From Wolbachia endosymbiont of Armadillidium arcangelii (GTDB lineage: Bacteria > Pseudomonadota > Alphaproteobacteria > Rickettsiales > Anaplasmataceae), in contig NZ_CP157942.1 of the NCBI RefSeq assembly GCF_040207875.1, positions 575,001 through 607,000 on the forward strand: 32,000 nucleotides of DNA, given 5' to 3'. Below, in pieces: positions 1 to 16,335 of the stretch. Numbering within the stretch: position 1 is the first letter of the stretch; each line of letters opens with the position of its first letter. The notes beneath the pieces are model-generated. The model was not told where the DNA came from. It did no database searches and was given only the letters and a program-made list of their open reading frames with translations. The position numbers and the translations under genes are program-made.

Positions 1-6714
<6,714 letters not shown>

Positions 6715-6751
6715 ATATAGCTAACGAGACAGTATGTTGAATCAACTTTTT

Positions 6752-7702
6752 TTAATTAAAAAAATTGATTATATTTTCTTTTACTTCTGTGCTATCTGTC
6801 ATGCTATTTACTCTTACACGAAATTCAGATGAATTTTTAAGTCCACTACTGTACCAGCCTATATGTTTGCGGGCTATCTTTATTCCTATGTCGTTTCCAT
6901 AGTATTCAAGAATACTGTCGTAATGCTTGAGTATTATGCTTAGCCTCTCTGAGGCTGTCGGTTCAGAAATTTCACCTCTACTTAAAAAATTCATTACTTG
7001 ATTAATCAACCAAGGTTTGCCGTAAGTACCACGACCTATCATTACTCCGTCTGCCCCTGATTCTTTGAGCGCGTTTTGAATATCATCCAAGCTTTTAATA
7101 TCACCATTCACTATAACCGGAATTTTTACTTGCTCTTTAACATTTCTAACGAATTTCCAATCTGCTTGACCGTTATAAAGCTGTGCCCTTGTTCTTCCAT
7201 GCACAGTAATCATTTTTGCTCCTAAATCCTCGGCAATTTTCGCAAGTCTCGGGGCATTGCGATTTTCATCGTTCCATCCAGTGCGCATTTTCACCGTAAC
7301 TGGCACATTCACTGCTTTGACCACGGCCTCAATTATCTCAGCTGCTTTTTTCTCATCACGCATTAGCGCTGATCCTGCATAACCGTTTACAACTTTCTTA
7401 ACAGGACAACCGAAATTTATATCTATTATTTTTGCACCCATATCCTCATTTAGTTTTGCAGCTTCTGCCATAACATCTGGCTCACACCCAGCAAGCTGCA
7501 CAGCAGTTAATTCATCGACTTTTGCTTTTTGCAGACTCTGGCGAGTTTGTATAATCATGGCTCTGCTTGCAATCATTTCTGAGACTAACAAACTTGCACC
7601 AAGTTTCTTCACAATACTTCTAAACGGATAATCAGTCACCCCAGACATTGGCGCTAAAATTACCGGAGAATCAATCGTCAAACTTCCTATTTGGAGGGGC
7701 AT
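6752..7702 (-). CDS. dusB: tRNA-dihydrouridine synthase (DusB/NifR3 family)
   Basis: 316-aa ORF with [57 protein letters not shown] and [15 protein letters not shown]. Confidence 0.95.
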   Translation of the reverse strand: MPLQIGSLTIDSPVILAPMSGVTDYPFRSIVKKLGASLLVSEMIASRAMIIQTRQSLQKAKVDELTAVQLAGCEPDVMAEAAKLNEDMGAKIIDINFGCPVKKVVNGYAGSALMRDEKKAAEIIEAVVKAVNVPVTVKMRTGWNDENRNAPRLAKIAEDLGAKMITVHGRTRAQLYNGQADWKFVRNVKEQVKIPVIVNGDIKSLDDIQNALKESGADGVMIGRGTYGKPWLINQVMNFLSRGEISEPTASERLSIILKHYDSILEYYGNDIGIKIARKHIGWYSSGLKNSSEFRVRVNSMTDSTEVKENIINFFN

Positions 7703-7730
7703 GAGGTTAATGATAATTCTTCATTGTGAA

Positions 7731-8972
7731 CTACATAATGTTACAAAACGAGCCCGCATGCTGCACCTCTGAAGTGGAAGACAGAGATGTTGCCGTTCTC
7801 GGAAGATTACATAAAAGTCCTCCCCTTAAATCTTCCTTCCATTTTTCATCATTCATGAGTGCTTCTGCAAACTCTCTTCTTTTCTCCTCCAATTGCTTTG
7901 AATTAGGTGTGTACTTCGATAGCTTTACATCAATCTGATCAAATAATTTATCTTCTTTAAGCATTTCCGTAATCATACGAGCATTTTCTAACGCGAATAT
8001 TCCACAGTTATGCCCATCGCTTTGTTGTGGGGTTCTGGAGCTTTTTATGTCTAATATCCATTCCCCTTTTTGCAATTCTCCCTTAACAATATCCAGCAAA
8101 TTATTTGGCAATTGATCACCAAATGAGTCGCAGTAATAAGCTCTAAATTTCTTATTACCTGCATCAGGTTTAATGACCAAAGTTACCCAATGATTATTGT
8201 TAATATGAAAAACCGAAGTAAATATCAATCTAGGGTTTTGTTCCAATTCACCTCTGTAATTCTGAAGGAACTGTCTTGTGATTTCATCCCAGCCATCAGA
8301 ATAGCCAGAGGTAAGAAAATAGACGTTATTGTTGCTATGTCCATTTTTTGAGTACTTATACACAACTCTTGCAATATGTGTAATGTCATTATCATCTAAC
8401 CAGTAACTATAGTTTTTTCTGTTTGTCTGATGCACAAGAGTGTCCAAATTTTCATGAAACTCTTTACCACCCAAACCACTATCCAAAGAGCTTCTACGAC
8501 TACTGTTCCTTGAATCGGGTTCACTGCCTGGTACAATACCACTATCTCCATCTTGAGTTTTTGGATTTCCTTGATTATTTACAGCCTGCTCTTGCTCTGG
8601 TGATTTTGACAGCTCATCAGTTTTAGTATTGCTCTCTTTTTCCTTTGAAGCTCCTTTTCCATCAACATAACCCTTTACCCAGTGAAATAAGAGCTCAACA
8701 ACCATTTTGTATATCACTGTGAGCACTATTCCCATTAAGATCCAAGCTACAGGATGAAAAATTAGCATAGCAAGTGGTAAAGTTAAGAGGGTAGACCCTA
8801 TTATCAACCCCAAACAGCCAACAGTAAATGTAGCTGCTAGATATATACCAAAAGCGTAGATAGCAAATCTTCCATCATCCTTAAGTTTGGTGAAGTGAGT
8901 ACTCTCTTTAAATTCATTGTATTCTTCTATGATGCCTAACATATTATATTTTACGTTAATTAATTCTAGCAA
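7731..8972 (-). CDS. Ulp1/SENP-like (C48-type) cysteine protease with N-terminal transmembrane segments; putative effector
   Basis: C-terminal part has WLDDNDI, the His box NNHWVTLVI, the Asp box YYCDSFG, and the oxyanion Gln plus catalytic Cys TPQQSDGHNCGIFALE. N-terminal part has two or more long hydrophobic stretches (FAIYAFGIYLAATFTVGCLGLIIGSTLL; LAMLIFHPVAWILMGIVLTVIYKMVV). The start may instead be the internal ATG at 8942. Confidence 0.85.
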   Translation of the reverse strand: MLELINVKYNMLGIIEEYNEFKESTHFTKLKDDGRFAIYAFGIYLAATFTVGCLGLIIGSTLLTLPLAMLIFHPVAWILMGIVLTVIYKMVVELLFHWVKGYVDGKGASKEKESNTKTDELSKSPEQEQAVNNQGNPKTQDGDSGIVPGSEPDSRNSSRRSSLDSGLGGKEFHENLDTLVHQTNRKNYSYWLDDNDITHIARVVYKYSKNGHSNNNVYFLTSGYSDGWDEITRQFLQNYRGELEQNPRLIFTSVFHINNNHWVTLVIKPDAGNKKFRAYYCDSFGDQLPNNLLDIVKGELQKGEWILDIKSSRTPQQSDGHNCGIFALENARMITEMLKEDKLFDQIDVKLSKYTPNSKQLEEKRREFAEALMNDEKWKEDLRGGLLCNLPRTATSLSSTSEVQHAGSFCNIM

Positions 8973-9054
8973 ATTCTGGAGGTAAAATCAATATTAGCAT
9001 TTATCTGCATTGTATGCAAAAATATTGAATGTTAGAAACTTTTGAAGTACAGTA

Positions 9055-10356
9055 ATGATGTTAGTAATAGCACAATATATGCATGATATAGAACATATAC
9101 GCAAAAACCCTGAAGGATTTGAAAAAGCAATGAAAAGCAGAGGGATGGAAGAATTTACTACAGAAGAAATATTGGGTATTGATCATGAAAAAAGATCACT
9201 GACTACTAGACTACAAGCTTTAAATAAGCAACGCAACGAAGTCACAGAAGAAATAAAGAAGCTTAAAATGAACAAAAGCCCCTGTGAAAAGCAAATAGAG
9301 TTATCAAAAAGCATCACAAATGAGATAGAGGCAATTAGCTTAAAGGAACAAGCAGAAAAGGATAAGTTAGTGAATGTTTTATCTAACTTGCCGAATATTC
9401 CTGCGCAAGATGTGCCAACAGGCACAGATGAGAACTCTAATTTAGAGGTGAGAAGATATGGAGGAAAAAGACAGTTTGATTTTACAGCAAAATCTCACTA
9501 TGAACTTGGAGAAAAATTAGGTTTAATGGACTTCGAACAAGCGGCGAAAATTTCCGGATCAAGATTTGCGATATTAAAAGGACAGTTAGCTAAGCTTGGA
9601 CGAGCGCTAATAAATTTTATGCTTGAAATGCATGTTAATGAATTTGGCTATACTGAGGTGTACCACCCAGCTTTGGTGAAAAACGAAGCTATGTATAATG
9701 TTGGTCAGCTACCGAAATTTTCTGACGATTCGTATTTAACTACCGACGAATTGAGATTGATTCCCACAAGTGAAGTGTTTTTAACAAATTTGGTTATTGA
9801 TAAAATAGTAGAGGAAAAAGAACTGCCTATTCGTTTTACTGCCTATTCGGAGTGCTTTCGTAAAGAAGCAGGTAGTGCAGGTCGCGATACCAGGGGCATG
9901 ATAAGGCAACACCAATTTGGTAAAGTGGAGTTAGTAAGCATCACAACTGAAGACCAATCAAATGATGAGTTTGAGCGTATGACGAGTGTTGCTGAAGAGA
10001 TATTAAAAAAATTAGAATTGCCATACAGAGTAATGCTGCTTTGCAGTGGCGATATGGGCTTTGCTGCACAAAAGACTTATGACATAGAGGTGTGGTTACC
10101 TGAGCAAAATAAATACAGAGAAATATCAAGCTGCTCAAATTGTGGTGCATTTCAGGCAAGGAGGATGAACACTAAATACTTCTCGGAAACTGATAGAAAA
10201 ACAAAAAAATACCTGCACACTTTAAATGGCACAGCTTTAGCTATAGGTAGAACTATTATTGCCATAATGGAGAATTATCAAAATTCCGATGAGTCGGTTA
10301 CAATACCAAACGTGTTGCAAAAATATATGAGTAACGATACTGTTATAAGCAAGTAA
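9055..10356 (+). CDS. serS: Seryl-tRNA synthetase
   Basis: 433-aa ORF with [91 protein letters not shown] and [19 protein letters not shown]. The true start may be the ATG at 9079 (MHDIEHI). Confidence 0.96.
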   Translation: MMLVIAQYMHDIEHIRKNPEGFEKAMKSRGMEEFTTEEILGIDHEKRSLTTRLQALNKQRNEVTEEIKKLKMNKSPCEKQIELSKSITNEIEAISLKEQAEKDKLVNVLSNLPNIPAQDVPTGTDENSNLEVRRYGGKRQFDFTAKSHYELGEKLGLMDFEQAAKISGSRFAILKGQLAKLGRALINFMLEMHVNEFGYTEVYHPALVKNEAMYNVGQLPKFSDDSYLTTDELRLIPTSEVFLTNLVIDKIVEEKELPIRFTAYSECFRKEAGSAGRDTRGMIRQHQFGKVELVSITTEDQSNDEFERMTSVAEEILKKLELPYRVMLLCSGDMGFAAQKTYDIEVWLPEQNKYREISSCSNCGAFQARRMNTKYFSETDRKTKKYLHTLNGTALAIGRTIIAIMENYQNSDESVTIPNVLQKYMSNDTVISK

Positions 10357-10390
10357 TAATTTTGACATATAGAAAAGCGAGGAAATAAAG

Positions 10391-11662
10391 ATGAAGGTTT
10401 TGGTTATAGGTTCTGGTGGGCGTGAACATGCTTTACTTTGGGCTCTAAAGAAGTCTCCTAGCTTGACTAAGTTATATGTTACTCCTGGTCGCTCGGCCAT
10501 GGAAAATTTTGGAGTTCTTGTGAATATAAATATTCAAGATTCAGTAGATGTTACACAATTTTGCAAGAGAAAAAATATAGAGTTAGTGATTATTGGTCCA
10601 GAGCAACCAATAATTAATGGGCTTGCTGATGATTTAACTGCAGAGGGAATAAATATTTTTGCTCCAAGTCAGGCAGCTGCAAAACTTGAGGCATCAAAGT
10701 CTTTTACGAAGGAACTATGTAAACAATATGGTATACCAACCGCCAAGTATGAGCGTTTTATTGATGAAAGGTTAGCTAAAAATTTTGTGCGTAGTAATAG
10801 AATAAAATTGCCGCTTGTAATTAAAGCAAATGGAATTGCAGCAGGGAAAGGCGTCATAATATGCCACACAGAAAATGAAGCTTTTTCAGCAATAGATTCA
10901 ATGCTAGTGGAGAAAAATCTTGGTGAATCAGGTGAAGAAATAATCATAGAAGAATTTTTAATTGGAGAAGAAGTAAGTTTTTTTGCTCTTGTTGATGGGT
11001 TGAAAGTAGTAACTCTTGGATGTGCAAGAGATTATAAGAGAGTTGGTGAAAATAACAAGGGCCAAAATACTGGAGGCATGGGGTCGTACTCATTACCTTC
11101 AATTATAAGTAAGGATATGGAGCAAAAGATTATACAAAAAATAATATACCCTACAATTCAAGCACTGACTAACATTGGAACATCTTATAAGGGAGTGCTC
11201 TTTGCTGGTTTAATGATTTGCAAAGATAACCCAAAGCTTCTTGAGTATAATGTTAGATTTGGTGACCCGGAAATACAATCCATGTTACCTAGGCTTGACC
11301 CAAACTGTGATTTGTTAAAATTGATGTTGTCAGTTGCAGAAGGCAAGTTAAGCACAAAAATGGTGAAATTTAATGATAAAGCTACAGTTTGTGTAGTTGT
11401 TGCAAGTAAAGGCTATCCTGGTGATTATCGAAAGGGAGAGGTAATTAAAGGATTGGATAAAATTGAAAACATACCTGGTATATTAGTGTTTCATGCTGGT
11501 ACTAAGTTGGATGAAAGTGGCAATTGGATTTCCGATGGCGGAAGGGTGCTAAATATAGTAGGAGAAGGAAACACTGTGGAAGAAGCTAAAAGTAAAGTGT
11601 ACTCAGCGTTAAATTTTCTAGAATGGCCAGGGGGGTTCTTCAGGTATGATATTGGTAGTTAA
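10391..11662 (+). CDS. purD: Phosphoribosylamine-glycine ligase
   Basis: 423-aa ORF with MKVLVIGSGGREHALLWALKKSP, VIKANGIAAGKGVI, GGMGSYS, GVLFAGLMICKDNPKLLEYNVRFGDPEIQ. Purine-rich GAGGAAATAAAG lies upstream of the ATG. Confidence 0.96.
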   Translation: MKVLVIGSGGREHALLWALKKSPSLTKLYVTPGRSAMENFGVLVNINIQDSVDVTQFCKRKNIELVIIGPEQPIINGLADDLTAEGINIFAPSQAAAKLEASKSFTKELCKQYGIPTAKYERFIDERLAKNFVRSNRIKLPLVIKANGIAAGKGVIICHTENEAFSAIDSMLVEKNLGESGEEIIIEEFLIGEEVSFFALVDGLKVVTLGCARDYKRVGENNKGQNTGGMGSYSLPSIISKDMEQKIIQKIIYPTIQALTNIGTSYKGVLFAGLMICKDNPKLLEYNVRFGDPEIQSMLPRLDPNCDLLKLMLSVAEGKLSTKMVKFNDKATVCVVVASKGYPGDYRKGEVIKGLDKIENIPGILVFHAGTKLDESGNWISDGGRVLNIVGEGNTVEEAKSKVYSALNFLEWPGGFFRYDIGS

Positions 11663-11740
11663 CGTTAGCTAGCAGGTAGCCCATATAGAAACGAAAAAAG
11701 TTACTTTGCAGGTAGTAATACAGACAACTAAAGAAAAATA

Positions 11741-12261
11741 TCAACTAGATTTATAGTCTATTACCACTGTTCTTGCAAATTTATCATAGAATGTTTGTTT
11801 ACGTTGATCAAATATTGCAAACATTAAAGCTAAAATTAGTATAATAAAAAACATGTAGAAACATAATCAGGCAGCAGATAAAACAGAAAATCACGAATAA
11901 TCCAAATGCCTTCCTGAAAAATACATCTTATTGTTGCTTGCATTAGAGTGACGTTTTTAAATGTATTTGCGTCTTTAATACATATGCCACACAACAGCTT
12001 TCCTGGAGTGCCGCCGAGTCTTGTTATCATTAATATTTGTAATACTGTGAATGGCACCAATATTATGACTGTTACAAAAAATTCTTCTAATAATGTTACT
12101 GTTTCTGGTTGTTTAAATGCTCGAAGAAAATCATCTTTACCTAAAGATATAAGCATAACAATAAGTAAAGGGAAGAGGAATATGATTTGATCAAGTATTG
12201 CTGCTACAGTACGCCTTGTAAATCCTACATAATTTACTTTAACACTCGTTTCAGTATTCAT
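11741..12261 (-). pseudogene. RDD-family membrane protein with an apparent 3' frameshift
   Basis: The 141-aa ORF 11836-12261 has RRTVAAILDQIIFLFPLLIVML and RLGGTPGKLLCGICI. After its stop, an adjacent minus-strand frame (MFFIILILALMFAIFDQRKQTFYDKFARTVVIDYKSS*, stop at 11741-11743) supplies the normal C-terminal signature of the family. Confidence 0.75.
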
Positions 12262-12409
12262 ATGCGCCCCACCTATAGTTCATAGTATTACCACCTAATA
12301 TAAAAGTACGTTATTAAATAACCGTAAATATACTAATTTGGGTAATATTAGCTACTTGTACTGCTCTATTATTTGAATTAACATTAAACTATTTGTAGTT
12401 AGGGAAGTT

Positions 12410-13819
12410 ATGTCAACACCAATCACAGTTGCATATGGTGACGGTATCGGACCAGAAATCATGGAAGCGGTGCTGTCGATATTGTGCGAAGCAGAAGCGA
12501 AGATCTCAATAGATATTATTGAAATAGGAGAGCATGTTTATAATAAGGAATGGTCTCGCGGAATCTCTCTAAGTGGTTGGGAGTCTATTGAAAGAACAAA
12601 GATATTACTCAAATCTCCGACAACAACTCCTCAAGGCAAAGGACACAAAAGCCTAAATGTGGCACTCAGAAAGAATTTAGGATTATATGCAAATATCAGA
12701 CCGTGTATTTCATATCATCCTGTTATAGAAAATAAATTTGGTAAGTTTGACATTGTGATAATACGTGAAAATGAAGAGGACGTTTACACGGGAATAGAGC
12801 ATAGGCTTACTGGTGACTCGTACCAATGCACTAAAATTATTACTAGATCTGGCTCAGAAAAAATATGCAGGTACGCTTTTGAATACGCAAAAAAACATAG
12901 CAGAAAGAAAGTAACTTGCCTGACTAAAGATAACATAATGAAAATGACTGATGGCACTTTCCATGCAGCATTTGATTGCATTGCAAAGGAATACCCAGAT
13001 ATCAAGGCAGAACATTATATAGTTGATATTGGAATGGCGCGTGTTGCAACAGAACCGGAGAATTTCGATGTTATAGTAACTGAGAACTTATATGGCGATA
13101 TATTATCAGATATAGTGGCACAAACCTCTGGATCTGTGGGACTCGCTGGAAGTAGCAATATAGGTAATGAATATGCAATGTTTGAAGCGGTTCATGGTTC
13201 TGCTCCTGATATTGCAGGAAAAAACATAGCTAATCCTTCTGGTCTTTTAAATGCTGCAGTGCATATGTTGGTCTATATCGGTCAAGTGAGTACTGCAAAA
13301 CTAATTTACGATGCATGGCTGAAGACTTTAGCGAATGGAATACACACTGCCGATTTATATAAAGAGAAAAAGAGCAAACAAAAGGTTGGAACAAAAGAAT
13401 TTGCAGAAGCTGTTATAGATAATCTAGGAAAGAAATCTGCTGAGCTTATAATTAGCAGTGATTCGGATAGTAAAATAAATAAAGTACAAGACAATTATAA
13501 ACAAGATTACAAAGTTAAAAAGCTAGTGGGTAGTGATATAACGCTTGCCTGGGACAAATCCAACAATTTTGATCAAATAGTAGGATTATTTGAATCGAGT
13601 AATCTGAAAATGATAGCAATATACTCAAAAGGACTTGCAATTTGGCCAGGAGGCTCAAAATCTTCAAGTGACCAAATAACCTGCAGGTTTATTGCAAATA
13701 ATGAAATTACAAATAGTGATGTGAATAACTTGCTAATCAAATTTGAGGAACACAATTTTGATGTGGTGAGAATGGATAAGTTGTATTTGTATGATGGGAA
13801 AGAGGGTTTCTTCTCTTAG
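12410..13819 (+). CDS. icd: Isocitrate dehydrogenase of the alphaproteobacterial/rickettsial type with C-terminal extension
   Basis: 469-aa ORF with ITVAYGDGIGPEIMEAV, KNLGLYANIRPC, DIVIIRENEEDVYTGIEHR, NLYGDILSDIVAQTSGSVGLAGSSNIG and EAVHGSAPDIAGKNIANPSGLL, followed by a ~130-aa C-terminal domain. Confidence 0.93.
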   Translation: MSTPITVAYGDGIGPEIMEAVLSILCEAEAKISIDIIEIGEHVYNKEWSRGISLSGWESIERTKILLKSPTTTPQGKGHKSLNVALRKNLGLYANIRPCISYHPVIENKFGKFDIVIIRENEEDVYTGIEHRLTGDSYQCTKIITRSGSEKICRYAFEYAKKHSRKKVTCLTKDNIMKMTDGTFHAAFDCIAKEYPDIKAEHYIVDIGMARVATEPENFDVIVTENLYGDILSDIVAQTSGSVGLAGSSNIGNEYAMFEAVHGSAPDIAGKNIANPSGLLNAAVHMLVYIGQVSTAKLIYDAWLKTLANGIHTADLYKEKKSKQKVGTKEFAEAVIDNLGKKSAELIISSDSDSKINKVQDNYKQDYKVKKLVGSDITLAWDKSNNFDQIVGLFESSNLKMIAIYSKGLAIWPGGSKSSSDQITCRFIANNEITNSDVNNLLIKFEEHNFDVVRMDKLYLYDGKEGFFS

Positions 13820-13901
13820 TGGTTGCTTGATATTTTTATGCTTGTGTGAAACATTAAATATATTATACTAATAGTATCATGTATTTATGTGAGGTGTAGT
13901 A

Positions 13902-14507
13902 ATGAGTCAACATTTTAAGTTAACTGGTCAGGAGTTTTATGATAATAATGATCTGTTTAACGTACTAGAGATAAAAGCTGAACAAATTGTAGGTAAGGAT
14001 TATCAAGCTCTTAGCAAGTTTCTGAAAAAACAATATAATAAATTGATACTTGTAAACCATCCTGACAAAGGTGGAGACAAAAATAGATTTGATCAGATTT
14101 ATAAAGCTTATCAAGAGGTAAAAAAGTACATTGAACCTTTGGAGTCAGGAAATCCTTGTGTTAAAGTCAGTGTTGATGCTGAAAGTGATGGGCGTTTAAC
14201 GGCAAGAGAGTTTCACTATAGGAGAAAGTTGTTTAACGAGCTAAAAATCAGTGAGGAAGAAGCTGTAGGTAAAGATTTTGATGGGTTGATTGCTATACTA
14301 AAAAGAAATGATTGTTCGTTTGGAGAAGACCTAAAAAGCTATAATGAACTTCAGGCTCAAATAGAGAGGATTTTGCTAAATCCAAATTTAGATAATTTTC
14401 AGAAGAGTGCACAAAGTGCAAAGTTAATGCAAGAGTTATATCAATATATAGCAAAGCCAAGCATACAATTATATTACTCCTCTAAAAGAAAAGAGAAGCC
14501 TAATTGA
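13902..14507 (+). CDS. DnaJ (J)-domain-containing protein
   Basis: 201-aa ORF with a canonical HPD motif (KQYNKLILVNHPDKGGDKNRFDQIYKAYQEVKKYIE). GAGGTG lies upstream of the ATG. A second J-like N-terminal half without HPD follows. Confidence 0.85.
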   Translation: MSQHFKLTGQEFYDNNDLFNVLEIKAEQIVGKDYQALSKFLKKQYNKLILVNHPDKGGDKNRFDQIYKAYQEVKKYIEPLESGNPCVKVSVDAESDGRLTAREFHYRRKLFNELKISEEEAVGKDFDGLIAILKRNDCSFGEDLKSYNELQAQIERILLNPNLDNFQKSAQSAKLMQELYQYIAKPSIQLYYSSKRKEKPN

Positions 14508-14529
14508 AGAAGATAAAAAGACATTAGCA

Positions 14530-15195
14530 TTGAAATTTATAGAGCGCAAAAATGCTCTAATGTTAGTACCAAAAATAAGTCTTCTGCCTTTAGCTCTATT
14601 AACTATAATTACTATAGGTTGCTATTTTTCATGGTGGATCATAGCATTTAATATCATTATCAATAAGCTCTGTAATTCATTAGTAAATTATTATATGGAG
14701 AAGTATAAAAACTCAGAAATTTCTACTGATGAATTCATGAGTAAAATGAGCTATATCGAGCTAAGTAGTAAACTTCTTATCAACTATCCTTTAGCTGCTT
14801 TTTCTGTTTATTTAGTTACAACAAATTTCATTGCTAATGGATTAACTGTTGGTGGAGCTATACTTGGTCCACTATTGTTATTGGCAGTATTAATTGAAGC
14901 ATTAGCTCCTATTTTTTCAAAAGGCTGTGAAATATATGCTGAAAAGCACACAAAAGATTTACTAGAAGAGGATCCAAGAGATAGAGTACAAAAGGAAACT
15001 GACCTATTAAAATGGTATGATTTGCGGAAATTATTGATGCCAATTATCATGCCTCTTGTTAGAAAATGTTTTGCAGAAGTGGCAAGCGAATTTGCTGAAA
15101 GGAATCTTGATGAGGTAAAAACTGATATGTCTGATGTTAATACTGAAGGACTATCTAATCCTCAAGCAATTGAATTTGCACAGCAAACAGTATAG
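14530..15195 (+). CDS. Hypothetical multi-pass membrane protein
   Basis: 221-aa ORF with several hydrophobic stretches (ISLLPLALLTIITIGCYFSWWIIAF; LAAFSVYLVTTNFIANGLTVGGAILGPLLLLAVLIEALAPIF). Annotated start is TTG; an internal ATG at 14560 is an alternative. Confidence 0.65.
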   Translation: MKFIERKNALMLVPKISLLPLALLTIITIGCYFSWWIIAFNIIINKLCNSLVNYYMEKYKNSEISTDEFMSKMSYIELSSKLLINYPLAAFSVYLVTTNFIANGLTVGGAILGPLLLLAVLIEALAPIFSKGCEIYAEKHTKDLLEEDPRDRVQKETDLLKWYDLRKLLMPIIMPLVRKCFAEVASEFAERNLDEVKTDMSDVNTEGLSNPQAIEFAQQTV

Positions 15196-15216
15196 TATAA
15201 GTTTTTAGCTCTATGC

Positions 15217-15900
15217 ATGGACTCAAAAAAAGTAGAATTAATATTTGAAAAATTTCAACAGTCAAATCCTGCGCCAAAAATAGAGCTAAATTATACCAAT
15301 CATTTTACGTTATTAGTTGCAATAGTTCTGTCAGCGCGGACGACCGATGTTAGTGTAAACAAAATTACAAGAGAACTATTTGACATTGCTGATACGCCAG
15401 AAAAAATGCTGAATCTTGGGCAAAATGAGCTGAAAAAACGTATAAGTAGTATTGGTTTATATAATTCCAAAGCAAAAAATATAATCGGACTTAGTAAAAT
15501 ACTGGTGGAACGATACGAAAGCAAAGTTCCTAGCGATTTTGATGATTTAGTATCTTTACCAGGGGTTGGGAGAAAGAGCGCTAATGTGTTCTTAAATTCA
15601 GGGCTTGGTATTCCAACATTGGCAATTGATACTCATGTTTTTAGAGTAAGCAATAGAGTTGGGCTTGTGAAAGAAAAAGATGTATTTAAAACAGAACAAT
15701 CTCTTTTGAATGTGGTTCCAAAAAAATACCTACTTTATGCTCATCATTGGCTAGTTTTACACGGTAGATATGTTTGCAAAGCACAAAAACCTTCGTGTGA
15801 AACGTGCATAATTCATGATTTATGTGAGTTTGAACGCAAAAGGTATAAAGTCCTAGCACACCACTCCGATATTCCTTCCTTTTATCATCCAAATAGCTGA
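15217..15900 (+). CDS. nth: Endonuclease III (DNA glycosylase/AP lyase)
   Basis: 227-aa ORF with TLLVAIVLSARTTDVSVNKI, the helix-hairpin-helix LVSLPGVGRKSANVFLNSGLGIPTLAIDTHVFRVSNRVGL, and the C-X6-C-X2-C-X5-C Fe-S cluster CKAQKPSCETCIIHDLC. Confidence 0.96.
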   Translation: MDSKKVELIFEKFQQSNPAPKIELNYTNHFTLLVAIVLSARTTDVSVNKITRELFDIADTPEKMLNLGQNELKKRISSIGLYNSKAKNIIGLSKILVERYESKVPSDFDDLVSLPGVGRKSANVFLNSGLGIPTLAIDTHVFRVSNRVGLVKEKDVFKTEQSLLNVVPKKYLLYAHHWLVLHGRYVCKAQKPSCETCIIHDLCEFERKRYKVLAHHSDIPSFYHPNS

Positions 15901-16335
15901 CGCTGGTTCCTTTACGACGGCAGTGCTCAGACATTGGTTCACCTTATGATGGTGTCATTCAAGTAGCCCTTCGTTGTCATCTCACGCTCCTGTTTTCTTG
16001 TCATTCCAGTGCCCAAGCAACAAGGACAACATTGCAAATTTAGAGTTCAAAAGGGTTATTCCTCGAGAACTATTGCATCAGAAAGCTGGCGCTGAATTTG
16101 TATATAATGTTGATCTTGGAGGTTTTTATGAATAATAGTAAGGATAAGAGAAGAAAAAAATTAGAAATTCGTATTCTATCAAGTAGAGGTAGGTCTTTAC
16201 TTGACCATGAGCTACAGCGATACAAGTAGTAAAGAAATATCAAGGCTAGTGAGGGAATACAGGAAAATTAAGGATGGAACGTTGCGTGATATTATTCATT
16301 CAAGGCTCTTACTAATAGATAGGTATAGTAGTGCT

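Noticed and set aside
8423-8626. Plus-strand ORF of 67 aa antisense to the Ulp1-like gene
   Set aside because: The reverse strand carries the convincing protease reading frame, and this ORF has no recognisable features or Shine-Dalgarno sequence.
7731-8972. Ulp1-like gene considered as a CidB (cytoplasmic incompatibility factor B) gene
   Set aside because: It is only ~413 aa, has no CifA-like gene next to it, and lacks the large N-terminal PD-(D/E)XK-type region. Only the protease class is shared.
9183-9425. Minus-strand ORFs within serS, purD, icd, nth and the helicase gene (e.g. 9183-9425, 9941-10159, 10669-10947, 12784-13005, 13306-13494, 15300-15524, 24312-24524, 24567-24854)
   Set aside because: All are antisense shadows of well-supported coding sequences.
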